A stretch of 64,000 nt of DNA, taken from contig OY969811.1 of assembly GCA_963703315.1 (NCBI GenBank), positions 2,240,001 to 2,304,000 of the forward strand. The letters are read 5' to 3'. This DNA is from an uncultured cyanobacterium. GTDB lineage: Bacteria; Cyanobacteriota; Cyanobacteriia; Pseudanabaenales; Pseudanabaenaceae. A program made the position numbers and the translations under genes. Positions 10,151 to 20,600 of this stretch are shown one piece after another; position 1 is the stretch's first letter, and each line of letters starts with the position of its first letter. Under the pieces are notes generated by a model, which was not told the origin of the DNA, did no database searches, and worked only from the letters and a program-made list of their open reading frames with translations.

Positions 10151-10933
10151 TTAATAATCGTAAGGGTTTTTAGGCTCGGCGATCGCCGTAATATTATTGG
10201 CGACAATTACAACTTGACGCTTGCCATCGGTAGTTTCCACATCCGCTTGACCTTCTATTTGCAACCAGCGATCGGGGGGATAATTGGTACGACTTTCGGT
10301 GATTTTGATAGGGAGACTGATGGGATACACATCGGCAGCGCAGCAAGTAATCACAAAGCGCGTTAGTAGAAATGTATTGTCGGGCTGATCGGGCGCATGG
10401 ACAACGAAGCCAGTAATTTTTACCTTCTGTCCTTTATAAGCATCAGGTTCAGGATAGGCACTGATGGTGCGTACCCATTCTACGAGAGTGCGCTCCTCAG
10501 GACGATTGCTAGCTCGAAAAGATTTAGGAATAGTTCTCGCATCGGCAATATTTTCAATGACACCACGATGGATCGCTTTTTCGCTAGTGAATGGGCGAGG
10601 ACTGATGAATAAGGCGATAATCGCCACAATCAAAAGCAAACTACTGCTCAGGGATGGCTTAATCAGGGTGACGTGTTGTTGCTGATTAGTATAGGCATAG
10701 CGTTTGCGTTGAGCCACGCGCCAAGCCTCGCTACCACCCACGACCAACAAGCCAATACCCGCGATCACCGTCAAAGGGATGTAGTTGGGATGCACTAACA
10801 AGAACAGTTGTCCAGATAGCCAAAGTTTCGTCAGCACGATTCCCCAAGCGGTGATCGCACAGGATTCTAGCCAAGGCAGAAATTTTTGCCAGTAGGTGTG
10901 AATAAGCGAAGGATTAGCGGATCGAGGGGACAT
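10151..10933 (-). CDS. TIGR03943/DUF1980 family putative permease subunit
   Basis: N-terminal TM helices, VHP.Y, G..V.I.GFV, RFVITCCAAD. Confidence 0.85.
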   Translation of the reverse strand: MSPRSANPSLIHTYWQKFLPWLESCAITAWGIVLTKLWLSGQLFLLVHPNYIPLTVIAGIGLLVVGGSEAWRVAQRKRYAYTNQQQHVTLIKPSLSSSLLLIVAIIALFISPRPFTSEKAIHRGVIENIADARTIPKSFRASNRPEERTLVEWVRTISAYPEPDAYKGQKVKITGFVVHAPDQPDNTFLLTRFVITCCAADVYPISLPIKITESRTNYPPDRWLQIEGQADVETTDGKRQVVIVANNITAIAEPKNPYDY

Positions 10934-11055
10934 AGGTAAGTATTGCGATATTGCTATTAGAAATTGGTTGGGACTTATACAAAAGAATTATAAGCTCGGC
11001 ATCATTAAATCTAAAACTTGTGGCGCAAGCGCCACAAGTTTTAATTACGCCTAAA

Positions 11056-12249
11056 TTATGCAGACAAAATGATGATTTGCTGCTTTTGGAGCGATCGCAC
11101 ATCTTCTAAACTTGCCTCAACGGACTGCAAAATCTGCGCGACAGTTTTACCTTGATGTTGAGGATCATCACTAGCTAAGAGGAACTTCCACGCCGCATCA
11201 CTAATCGTCACTAATTGATAGTTGTAGTCAAAGAAGTTCGTACTATCGCGCCAGCCGTAAATACAGGGACTAGGAGTAGGAATAGCTGCTAATAGTTCGT
11301 CATCAATTTGCCAAGTTTGCTTCGCGATCGGTGGACGACCTAAAAAGAACTCATAATGGGAAATCGTGTGGGGATCAAGGACTTCAATCAGGCGATAGCG
11401 CTGACGTTCGGTGAGATGTTGCGATCGCTCAATTAGGTCAGGGGCTTTATCAAGCAAACGATTTAAGTCCCATACTTGAGGATTAGAGAAACCAAGAAAT
11501 TCTAAACCTGAAGCATCAATTAATTCAAAGAGAGTATTTACATTGTAATTAATTTCTTGGGGATGCACATACATATCCGCAAAACAAGCATCTTGACGAT
11601 TTTCATCTGCCCAGCGCTCTTGCTCACGGCGACGCAGGGCATTAGTTTCAGGCAGATTGGCGAATATTTCTCTACCAATTTTCACACCATCGACATAATC
11701 GCCACGCTGATCACCTTGCAATAAGGCGATCGCCTCTTGCATCAACCGAATTTCCCAACGACCTAATTCACCATAGACAAAAATATGCAGTAAGCCTCCA
11801 TCAGCTAACTTACTCGCTAATGCCTGAATACCACGAATGGGGTCGGATGTGTGATGCAGCACGCCTACCGAGTTAATCAAATCAAATTTGCCTTCGAGTT
11901 GGTCAGCATCAAACAAACTAAGGTGATGGAATTCAACTCTGTTTGCCCCTGATCTTTTGCAGCGCTCCTTGGCAACAGCAAGGGTTCCCTCACTCAGATC
12001 GATACCGACAACGTTTGCTTCGGGATTGAGATGGACTAAGTATTCTGTACTTACGCCCGATCCACAGCCAGCATCAAGAATCCGAATATTATCTTTAGCG
12101 GGTTTGCGTCCAGTGCAAAAACTATAGGCAGCTTGCCAATTCCAACGCCAGTTATAACCGGGAGGTGGCTCATCAAGGATTGGTTCTGGAGGAAAGGGAT
12201 AGGTATTATAGAGACTGGCAACGGCGGCGCTGACCTTGGGATCTGACAT
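11056..12249 (-). CDS. Class I SAM-dependent methyltransferase
   Basis: LYNTYPFP, ILDAGCGSG, VGIDLS, GVLHH, DMYVHPQE; ATG at 12249 preferred. Confidence 0.85.
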   Translation of the reverse strand: MSDPKVSAAVASLYNTYPFPPEPILDEPPPGYNWRWNWQAAYSFCTGRKPAKDNIRILDAGCGSGVSTEYLVHLNPEANVVGIDLSEGTLAVAKERCKRSGANRVEFHHLSLFDADQLEGKFDLINSVGVLHHTSDPIRGIQALASKLADGGLLHIFVYGELGRWEIRLMQEAIALLQGDQRGDYVDGVKIGREIFANLPETNALRRREQERWADENRQDACFADMYVHPQEINYNVNTLFELIDASGLEFLGFSNPQVWDLNRLLDKAPDLIERSQHLTERQRYRLIEVLDPHTISHYEFFLGRPPIAKQTWQIDDELLAAIPTPSPCIYGWRDSTNFFDYNYQLVTISDAAWKFLLASDDPQHQGKTVAQILQSVEASLEDVRSLQKQQIIILSA

Positions 12250-12375
12250 AAATAAATTTTTTAATTGTTTAAATCTTTTAGGAATATAAACCACAAAGGT
12301 ACAGCGACACAAATTTGAAATATAGCAAGTTTAATCTCACCTTATGTATAGCAAAAGAAGGGAAAGAAAGGACGT

Positions 12376-12549
12376 GCTGCGAACTCCACTCGCGCATTAA
12401 AAAATTTACCTCGCTATTTGGAGTTTATTGAGGCTTGTGTAGTTGTTCTCATTGAGAGAAAAACATCTGTTGTTTATACACAAACCCATTTGGCTGTGAA
12501 GCGCAAAGGGCGACCAATTCCGATGAATGATGTTTGGATTGCGGCGCAA
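12376..12549 (+). pseudogene. VapC/PIN toxin remnant (internal fragment)
   Basis: Manual translation AANSTRALKNLPRYLEFIEAC...KRKGRPIPMNDVWIAAQ. No start codon (in-frame TAG at 12349), and the fragment ends at the HIP1-pair repeat. Confidence 0.75.
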
Positions 12550-12550
12550 T

Positions 12551-12660
12551 CACCTCCAAAACCCGATCGCCTATTCCCTTAAATTAAACAGCGATCGCAA
12601 CTCAACACCCACAAACGCGATCGCCTATTTCTACCAACATCAAACAGCGATCGCTTAACC
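12551..12660 (+). repeat. Two tandem copies of the paired-HIP1 spacer repeat
   Basis: aaaacccgatcgcctattcccttaaattaaacagcgatcgc and acaaacgcgatcgcctatttctaccaacatcaaacagcgatcgc. Confidence 0.85.
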
Positions 12661-12733
12661 AGAAACTCAATCTAGATCGCAAAACTTATATACTAAGGAA
12701 TACAATTAGATTAGTAACATTCAAATAACGAAT

Positions 12734-12934
12734 ATGCTACAAACTCTTTGGGCTACTGTTCAAAAAGGAAAAATTGAGTTGTTAGAGGCTTCAGAACTGG
12801 CAGAAGGGACAAAGGTATTAGTGACTGTACTTTCTGATGACTATGAGTCCGAGTTTTGGCTTCGGGCGAGTCAGACATCACTTGATGCAGTTTGGAATAA
12901 TACTGAGGATGATATCTATGCCCAATCACTCTAA
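12734..12934 (+). CDS. Putative antitoxin (small beta-rich protein)
   Basis: 66 aa, GKIELLE...EGTKVLVTV plus acidic W-rich tail; overlaps the start of the MazF-like gene. Confidence 0.65.
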   Translation: MLQTLWATVQKGKIELLEASELAEGTKVLVTVLSDDYESEFWLRASQTSLDAVWNNTEDDIYAQSL

Positions 12935-13248
12935 AAACATCATCCATTTTAGTTCGATATCCATTTTCAGATTTGTCTAAAGCGAAGGTTCGTCCTGCGG
13001 TTATTGTCAATGCACCACATAACTCTCAAGATATTCTAATTGTGCCATTAACCAGCAAAACAGGCTCTTTGCTTGATGTAGAGTTTGTCCTTGCTGACTG
13101 GGCGGCAGCAGGACTTAATGTTGTTACAGCAGTTAAGCGTGGTATCTATACTGTAAATGGAAGTTTAGTTATTAAGACTGTTGGGAAGTTGGCTGATGTT
13201 GATATTGAGAAACTTGAGCAATCTTTGAGAACTTGGCTAGGTTTATAA
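12918..13248 (+). pseudogene. PemK/MazF family toxin with an apparent frameshift near 12945
   Basis: ATG at 12918 reads MPNHSKNII then stops at about 12980. The +1 frame carries ILVRYPFSDLSKAKVRPAVIV...VPLTS, the MazF N-terminal motif. Confidence 0.7.
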
Positions 13249-13250
13249 TT

Positions 13251-13295
13251 ACAATCCGATCGCCTATTTCCCACATTAAACAGCGATCGCTTAAA
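13251..13295 (+). repeat. Paired-HIP1 spacer repeat, copy 3
   Basis: acaatccgatcgcctatttcccacattaaacagcgatcgcttaa, starting right after the MazF stop codon. Confidence 0.85.
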
Positions 13296-13367
13296 CGGTC
13301 AAAATCTTACTTTCAAGTTGGTTTATAATTGTTAAGTATATTTCTACTTTATAGAGGCGCAGAGTAT

Positions 13368-13589
13368 ATGAGGTACTGGGAAAGTCTAGATGCTATAGAA
13401 AGAGAACCTTATAAAGTGAGTGGTGCTTGGGTATTTCGGAAAACGAGAGTTCCAGTTTCGGCTTTGTTTGAAAATTTGCGGGATGGTGCAACAGTAGAGG
13501 AATTTTTGGAGTGGTTTCCGCCTGTGCAGCGATCGCAAGTTGAGGCTGTCCTGAACTATGAGCTTGATATGTTGGCTGAGGCAGCTTAG
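13368..13589 (+). CDS. DUF433 antitoxin
   Basis: VSGAWVFRKTRVPVSALFENL.DGATVEEFLEWFP. Confidence 0.85.
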   Translation: MRYWESLDAIEREPYKVSGAWVFRKTRVPVSALFENLRDGATVEEFLEWFPPVQRSQVEAVLNYELDMLAEAA

Positions 13590-13592
13590 ATT

Positions 13593-13910
13593 ATGAGAAT
13601 TCTTTTCGATCAGGGAACTCCTGTACCTTTGCGGCAATATTTGATAGAACATTCTGTGACAACAGCCTATGAAGAGGGTTGGTCTAATCTGTCGAATGGA
13701 GATCTGCTCAAATCTGCTGAAGATAAGGGATATCAAATATTTGTGACAACGGATAGAAATTTACGCTATCAACAGAATTTGAGCGATCGCCAGATTGCTA
13801 TTGTTGTTTTGCTCTCCACCTCATGGCCAAAAATTCGGACGCAGACTGAAAAAGTTTGTGGTGTTATCAATGCAATTGAAATAGGCGATTATACTGAAAT
13901 CTCCATCTGA
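13593..13910 (+). CDS. PIN-like (DUF5615/VapC45-type) toxin
   Basis: MRILFDQG, GWS.L.NG.LL, VTTDRNL.YQQNL. Confidence 0.8.
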   Translation: MRILFDQGTPVPLRQYLIEHSVTTAYEEGWSNLSNGDLLKSAEDKGYQIFVTTDRNLRYQQNLSDRQIAIVVLLSTSWPKIRTQTEKVCGVINAIEIGDYTEISI

Positions 13911-13934
13911 TTTACATGGCAACAATAGAGATCA

Positions 13935-14010
13935 CCACTCACCACCCACAAAACCCGATCGCCTATTCCCTCAAATCAAACAGCGATCTCCACTCATATC
14001 CACAAACCCA
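13935..14010 (+). repeat. Paired-HIP1 spacer repeat, copy 4
   Basis: cacccacaaaacccgatcgcctattccctcaaatcaaacagcgatctc. Confidence 0.85.
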
Positions 14011-14053
14011 TACAATTAAATAAGAATTTAGTAAGTACCCCAAAATATACACA

Positions 14054-15889
14054 ATGTCACAATCTAAACCTAAACTACTATTTGAATCGGTAGATTTTGA
14101 CAATTATCAATGGAGAGAGGTATTAGACCAAACGAGTCAAAAGCAATGCACGAATTACAGTGAGGCATTTAGGGCAAAAGCCTATCAGTTATCTAATGAC
14201 ACTGTAGCTCAAGATGTTTTTATGTTTTTGAGTGAGATTACATCTGTTGTGATGGAGCCACTAGAAACACAAAACACGTCCTATATTGTCAAGGTAATAT
14301 CTGAGTCATTATCTGAAAAACACCTTTCGATATTACGTGAGTTAGTGGGTAAAATTGATGATCCTGAAATGAGAGCAAGGGTAGCTGATATTCTTTGGAT
14401 TTGCAGAAAACAAGATCCAGATCTAGGTAGACCAATCAAAATGGCTAAAGAAGCACTAAAAGCATATCTTCAATCAGCTAGAAATCTTGAGAACGTAGAC
14501 GACTGGACAAAATGTTTTACAAGACTAAAACGAGCTGCACAGTTAGCCCCAATAATTGATGGCAAAAAAAAGACTGAAATGCTCCGAGAGGTTGTTGGAT
14601 ATATCAATGAAGTTATTTGTCGCTATGAACTTGTTCCCAATGAGTTTTTAACTGGATGTGTAATGGAAGTATTGCAAGAAGATTTGAGCAAAAGTCTTAC
14701 TTCTTTATCATCGGATCTGTCAAATACAGAACAATATGCAGTGGTTGCTGCAAAAAAAGCATTGATTGCTGACAGCATACAAAATTATCACCAAACTTTT
14801 TATCAAAAAATAGCATATCTTCAGATAGAAAGTAAATGGCATAAGATAGCTAAAGATAAAGATGCTGAACGTAATACAAAAATGCAGATAGGAGAAGTCC
14901 ACGTTTGGTATGCTGAACAGGCATTAGTTGTGAATGAGCCTAATTCTTACTCAGTAGCTGCTGGTCGAATTAAAGAGGCAATCGAAACTTTTCAAAACAT
15001 TGAAGATACATTTGGACGAAGATCAGATTCTTCCGAACGCATTCAAGCTTTACACAAGCAGATGCTCGCTTACCAGAAGAAATCTATGTCACAAATGGTT
15101 AGTGTTCCCCTCACTGAACCAGAAAAATTTTGTGAGCAAGAGATGCAAAAACAGGCAAGAGATTTAGTTAAAGGAAAGAATCTACGTGATTCTCTGTATG
15201 TTCTAGCATTTCAATATCGACTAATTTGCAAAACTGAAGATCTCCAAGAAAAAGCAAAGTCTCATTTAATTCCAAAAGATTTTATTGATGAAGAAGGAAA
15301 AACAAAAGCTATTAGCGGAATCGATAAGGATGATTTGAAGGACACGATGTTCAATAATTTAAAATTTTATCAGCGTTGGTATGGACTAAATTTTATTGTG
15401 CCTGCTTGCCGACAGATTTGTTCTGAACATGATGTAACTCTAGAAAATTTGTCTTTTATTGTCCAAGAAAACCCATTTATTCCAAAAGGACGTGAATTTC
15501 TATATTTAAAAGGTTTAATAGCTGGCTTGCAAGAAGATCCAGTAATTGCTGCACATCTACTGATTCCACAACTAGAAAATTCTCTACGTCATATTTTAAA
15601 GGAGAAGAGTTTTATCACATCCAAGAGAGAGACAGTTCAGGATGATTTTCTTCTTCATGAAGTTTTAAATACACCTGATTTGATTCAGGTTTTAGATAAG
15701 GACATAATTTTTACTTTAAAGGGATTATTAGTTGAACGAATGGGATCTAATCTTAGAAATGAGGTTTGTCATGGATTATTGAATTATGGTCGATTTTTCT
15801 CACCTGAACTAGCATATCTCTGGTGGCTAACACTTTTCTTGTGTCTTGTACCAACTTATAGCCATTGGGCTGATGAGAACAAAGAGTAG
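14054..15889 (+). CDS. DUF4209-like domain protein (helical N-terminus, C-terminal RxxxxH/HEPN-like motif)
   Basis: AAHLLIPQLENSLR...GSNLRNEVCHGL; 611 aa; AT-rich, no HIP1 seen. Confidence 0.65.
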   Translation: MSQSKPKLLFESVDFDNYQWREVLDQTSQKQCTNYSEAFRAKAYQLSNDTVAQDVFMFLSEITSVVMEPLETQNTSYIVKVISESLSEKHLSILRELVGKIDDPEMRARVADILWICRKQDPDLGRPIKMAKEALKAYLQSARNLENVDDWTKCFTRLKRAAQLAPIIDGKKKTEMLREVVGYINEVICRYELVPNEFLTGCVMEVLQEDLSKSLTSLSSDLSNTEQYAVVAAKKALIADSIQNYHQTFYQKIAYLQIESKWHKIAKDKDAERNTKMQIGEVHVWYAEQALVVNEPNSYSVAAGRIKEAIETFQNIEDTFGRRSDSSERIQALHKQMLAYQKKSMSQMVSVPLTEPEKFCEQEMQKQARDLVKGKNLRDSLYVLAFQYRLICKTEDLQEKAKSHLIPKDFIDEEGKTKAISGIDKDDLKDTMFNNLKFYQRWYGLNFIVPACRQICSEHDVTLENLSFIVQENPFIPKGREFLYLKGLIAGLQEDPVIAAHLLIPQLENSLRHILKEKSFITSKRETVQDDFLLHEVLNTPDLIQVLDKDIIFTLKGLLVERMGSNLRNEVCHGLLNYGRFFSPELAYLWWLTLFLCLVPTYSHWADENKE

Positions 15890-16022
15890 TTCTAGGAAAG
15901 AATACTCATAACTCTCTTTTCGTATAGAATCTATAGGTTTATATCTGCATGGGAGTATCTAAATTTCATCAGTAAGAAGATGCTACATAGTCCATCTATT
16001 TTTACACGTCTGAAACATTGAT

Positions 16023-16451
16023 TTAAACTTTGGTTTCCTCATCGTATTCATTCTCATCCTCATCATCTTCATTCTCATTATCTTCATCCTCATCTTGAGT
16101 ATCAGAAGGAATATTGAGAACCCAATTACTTGAATCTAGAGCTAAAAACAAAGCATCTTTCCAGCTAACAGACGTATTGTAACCATTTTTATGCTCAACT
16201 AATTCTTTCAAAAGACTTTGTTTAAAACGACACTTGATAGAAGTTAAGCTTTCTTGTTTAACTTTACCTATACTGAGAAAGTCTTGAAGGATATTAGCTG
16301 AAGAAACTAACGGGTTATACGAATTTTCATCAAGAATCTGTTCCATCAGTTCATCGTACGAGAAATGAATTTCGACGGATGCCTTTTCTTCAGCCGATTG
16401 AACTAATGTAGATATTGGCACTGAGAACCAGATTGTTTTACGCTTTTCCAT
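16023..16451 (-). CDS. Hypothetical protein with acidic low-complexity C-terminus
   Basis: Open frame of about 142 aa ending DTQDEDEDNENEDDEDENEYDEETKV. Confidence 0.55.
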   Translation of the reverse strand: MEKRKTIWFSVPISTLVQSAEEKASVEIHFSYDELMEQILDENSYNPLVSSANILQDFLSIGKVKQESLTSIKCRFKQSLLKELVEHKNGYNTSVSWKDALFLALDSSNWVLNIPSDTQDEDEDNENEDDEDENEYDEETKV

Positions 16452-16650
16452 ATTGAGCAAGAATTAAACAGTATTGATACTTTGGGAAATTTATCTCAAG
16501 TAATGATCATTACAAAAAAGTTACGCTCTTTGGCATCGGAAGACCGCCCTAATCACAAGATTGTAAACTTTTTCAAAGTCACCAAGATGATTATCACACT
16601 AAATTTGATTATGTTAACCTAAAAATGCTTTGCCTACAAAAACGATCAAA

Positions 16651-16911
16651 ATGTCAACTAATAGCCCAATCATATTTGCTGAAGAATTAGCCAATGAGCT
16701 AGACAAAATCCCTGAACAATATTGGTCAAACCTTTTGCAGATTATTCGTTTGTTTCGTGAAAGCGTTACCCCAGTATCAGAAAGCCATTCTCAAGATCCT
16801 GCGATTATCGAAGCGATCGAAGATTTAGGGCTTGTCCATGCCATGTTAGAAGTTAAGGATGAAATGCCTCTTAGTCTCCAAGAAGCACTTGCTGAAATGG
16901 AAAGAGCATGA
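16651..16911 (+). CDS. Putative antitoxin
   Basis: EAIEDLGLVHAM...LSLQEALAEM; ATGA overlap with the RelE gene. Confidence 0.7.
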   Translation: MSTNSPIIFAEELANELDKIPEQYWSNLLQIIRLFRESVTPVSESHSQDPAIIEAIEDLGLVHAMLEVKDEMPLSLQEALAEMERA

Positions 16912-17177
16912 ACGTCAATTATCTTCCCAGTTTTCTGAAAGAACTTAAAGCTCTTAGAAGTACACCTTACTTCAAACCCATAAACACACTCGTATTTGAG
17001 GAAATCCCTAAACTTGCTGGGTTGGCAGATATCAAAAATGTCAAAAAGCTACAGGGGTATGAAAATGCTTATCGAATCAAAGTAGGAGATTATCGAATTG
17101 GCGTGATCTTTGAAGATGAAACCGTTACATTTTGTAGAGTATTGCATCGCAAAGAAATTTATCGCTATTTTCCATAA
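16908..17177 (+). CDS. RelE/ParE family toxin
   Basis: KKLQGY..YRIKVGDYRIG...VLHRKEIYR. Confidence 0.9.
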   Translation: MNVNYLPSFLKELKALRSTPYFKPINTLVFEEIPKLAGLADIKNVKKLQGYENAYRIKVGDYRIGVIFEDETVTFCRVLHRKEIYRYFP

Positions 17178-17232
17178 ACTAAACCTCTTGCTGCCGCGTA
17201 AGCAATACAAACTAGATAAGCTAGAGCAATCA

Positions 17233-17532
17233 TCACAATGCTTGCTCTAGCTTGCCAATCTTAACCAAGAGATCCTTTCGCAACTCACATAAACTAAACC
17301 ACTCAAACAGATCCATCTCATCCCCTAATGCTCCTGATTCAAATTGTTTTTGAAACTGATGAGAATCAAGCCTATAGTTCTGTTCAAACTTGCTAATATC
17401 ACGGTCATAAACAGCTAATTTCTGTCGATGACGATTTAACATTACATTGAGTAATTGACTCAGAATCCGATCTAAATCGTTGCGATCGCTACAATTTGCA
17501 TTAAGTAGCTCTAATTTATCTAATGTATTCAT
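17233..17532 (-). CDS. Hypothetical helical protein, antitoxin-like (orphan)
   Basis: FEQNY.LDS..F...FESG.LGDEMD.FEW pattern typical of small TA-associated proteins; no adjacent partner. Confidence 0.5.
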   Translation of the reverse strand: MNTLDKLELLNANCSDRNDLDRILSQLLNVMLNRHRQKLAVYDRDISKFEQNYRLDSHQFQKQFESGALGDEMDLFEWFSLCELRKDLLVKIGKLEQAL

Positions 17533-17582
17533 GGCATATACACATAACTCATTTAACATTATACCAACGGTATTTTTGCCTA

Positions 17583-17614
17583 TAAAAAAGGCGGCGCAAT
17601 GCGCCGCCTTTTTT
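17583..17614. terminator. Hairpin/terminator downstream of chlH
   Basis: aaaaaggcggcgc-aat-gcgccgcctttttt; same core at 54363-54393. Confidence 0.7.
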
Positions 17615-17618
17615 AGTT

Positions 17619-20600
17619 TTACTCTACACCTTCAATGCGGTCTTCGAGTTCTTGATATAGCTCACGCAATCTATCCAGATTCTCTTCGCTGGTTTCCCAA
17701 TAGCCGCGACCATTGACTTCTAGAAGAGTACCGACAATCTTACGGAACGAATTGGGGTTGAGATTTTTGAGGCGATCGCACATCTCTTTATCGTTTACAT
17801 AGACATCATTGACATCTTCGTAAACCCAGTTATCCACTGCTCCAGCCGTCGCTGACCAGCCCATTGTGTTCACAAGGCGCTTGGAGATTTCGCGTACACC
17901 TTCATAACCACTCTTGAGCATTCCCTCATACCACTTGGGATTGAGAATCTTGGTGCGGGTATCGAGGCGGACTGTCTCAGTCAGGGTGCGGACTTGAGCA
18001 TTGGCGGTGGTGGTGTCAGCGACAAAAGAGGCAGGTTTTTTGCCATCTTTGCGGAGACTACCAACGAGCTTAGTGGGGTCAGAGTCGAAGTAGTGGGATA
18101 CATCGGTGAGACTGATTTCTGACGAGTCCAAATTCTGGAAGGTCATGTCAACGGTCTTTAGTGATGCTTCGTAAAGCTGACGCTGTTGGGTGTTGCTGAC
18201 ATTGCCACCAAAGGCGAAGGACTTGCGCGATAGATACATCTGTTGCAATTCTTCTTCGTTTTCCCATGTGCTGTTTTCTACAGCGAGGTTAACGTTAGAG
18301 GAATAGGAACCCGATGAGTTACTGAAGACGCGAGTTGCCGCTTGGTTAATGGTTAAACCAAATTCTTCTGCTTGGGCGATCGCGTGTTTGCGGACAAAGT
18401 TCATTTCCAAAGGTTCATCGGCTTCGGCTGCCATTCTCACGGCGCGATCGATCAAGTCCATTTGATTAACGAATAGGTCACGGAATACGCCTGAACAGTT
18501 GACGACGACATCAACGCGAGGTCTACCAAGTTCTTCGAGAGGAGTTAACTCCAAGCGATTAATGCGTCCAAGAGCATCGGGCATGGGCTTCACGCCGATC
18601 ATGCAGAGAACTTGAGCGAGGGATTCGCCATAGGTCTTGATGTTGTCGGTTCCCCAGAGGACGACAGCGATCGTTTCGGGATAGACTCCATTGTTGTCTT
18701 GACGCTGACGCTCCAAAAGGCGATCGACTACGGTTTTCGCTGCTTGCACTGCGGCACTCGTAGGGATCGAGTTAGGATCGAGGGCGTGCATATTCTTGCC
18801 AGTGGGCAGCACGAGGGGATTACGGATCGGATCTCCCCCTGGGCTAGGAGTGATGTAATCGCCTTCGAGAGCTTTAATCAATCCGCCGAGTTCATTGTCA
18901 GCAACAACTTGTTTGAGACAGAACTCTAGGAATTCAAACAGAGGCTTGATGTCGTCTTTATTAATATTGGGATAGCCATTCTCTTGGAAAACTTCAATCC
19001 AAGGTTCAGTTTTACCCATTCTAAAGAAGTTGAGAACTGAGAGTTTAGAAACTCTGCCATCGTCATCAGCTTTTGCTTTGACCAATGCACCTACGGCTTT
19101 ATTCGCTAAAGCACGGATGTTTGCCAAGAGTTCCACATCGGCGTAAATACCCTTGTCGCTGGATTTGTAGAGTTGCTCGATATCGCACCCGATCGCTTCA
19201 CAGATGATTCGCAACAGAGACTTCATGTTATCTTCGGGGCGATCAAAACTGGCGATGCTAGTCAATACATCGGTGACATCTTCCACTTTGGGAGGTTCGC
19301 CAACAACGTGTAAGCCGCAAGGGAGAACGCGGGATTCGATTTCCATCAGCTTGTTGTAAACCTGACCGATGACATTATCGCGCTCTTCTAGATCCATTTC
19401 CTTAGCGTCTTTTTCAGGAAGAGTTACGTCTTTGTCCAAATTGACCAGACGCACCTTATCCATAATCGTGTTGGTGATTTGGATACCACGACCACCGAGG
19501 CGCAAATCTTTGTAAGACGCAATCAGTTCACTCAGTTCCTGCAAATTACGGCTCAAGCCAGCATTTTCAGGCGCAGGGGTGATGTAGCTGATGATCGTGG
19601 CATAACCGCGTCGTTTAGCGATCGTGGCTTCGGAAGGATTGTTGACAGCGTAGTAATAGATGTTGGGCAAAGCGCCAATTAAACTATCGGGATAGCAATC
19701 GCCCGACATTCCTACTTGCTTTCCTGGCATAAATTCCATTGAGCCATGAGTACCGAAGTGGAGGACGGCATCGGCTCCCCAGATATGGTTGAGATAGGTG
19801 TAGTAAGCGACAAAGCCGTGATGGGGGGATGCAGACTTGCTAAAGAGCAAGCGCATGGGGTCGCCTTCATAGCCAAAGGTGGGCTGGACACCTACGAAGA
19901 TATTTCCATATTGCTTACCGTAAATGAGCAGGTTCTGTCCATCGGAATTGAGATGTCCAGGGGCAGCACCCCATTGTTCGATAATGCGATCGACGTAGGG
20001 AGTATTGGCTTCATATTCGGGAACGGACATCTTGTAAGCAACGTTCAGTTCAGGACTGCCAACCATGGCTTCAGGATTGTGCAAGATATCGGACATCATG
20101 TCGTGGGATGTTTTTGGCAAACCTTGCACATCATAACCATTGTTGCCGAGAGCTTCTACGACCTTATGAATGGAAGAGAATACATCCAAATAGGCGGCGG
20201 TTCCAATATTGCCTTTATCAGGAGGGAAACTAAAGATCGTGATGGCAAGTTTCTTTTCATGGCGGGGCTTGCGGCGGAGATTTGCCCACTTGATCGCACG
20301 GTTGGCGATGGTTTCAAGGCGATCGCCTAAAGCATGGGAACGACCAGTCGCACTATCACGCCCCGAAAGCACAATTGGATCGAGTCCGCCATCAAGCTCA
20401 GGCAAAGCAACTTGTAATGCTACTTGCACAGGATGCAAACCAAGATCGCTATCTTGCCATTCTTCCGTAGTTTGGAAAACGAGGGGCAGGGCTACCATAT
20501 AGGGACGGTTGAGCTTTTCGAGGGCTTCGATCGCTTTTGGATGATCTTGCTTAGCAGGACCTCCAACGAGGGCAAAACCTGTCAGTGAAACGACGCTATC

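Noticed and set aside
12551..14010. CRISPR array or classical integron
   Set aside because: Repeats are degenerate and separated by whole genes. No cas genes, no tyrosine integrase, and no evident attC RYYYAAC/GTTRRRY boxes.
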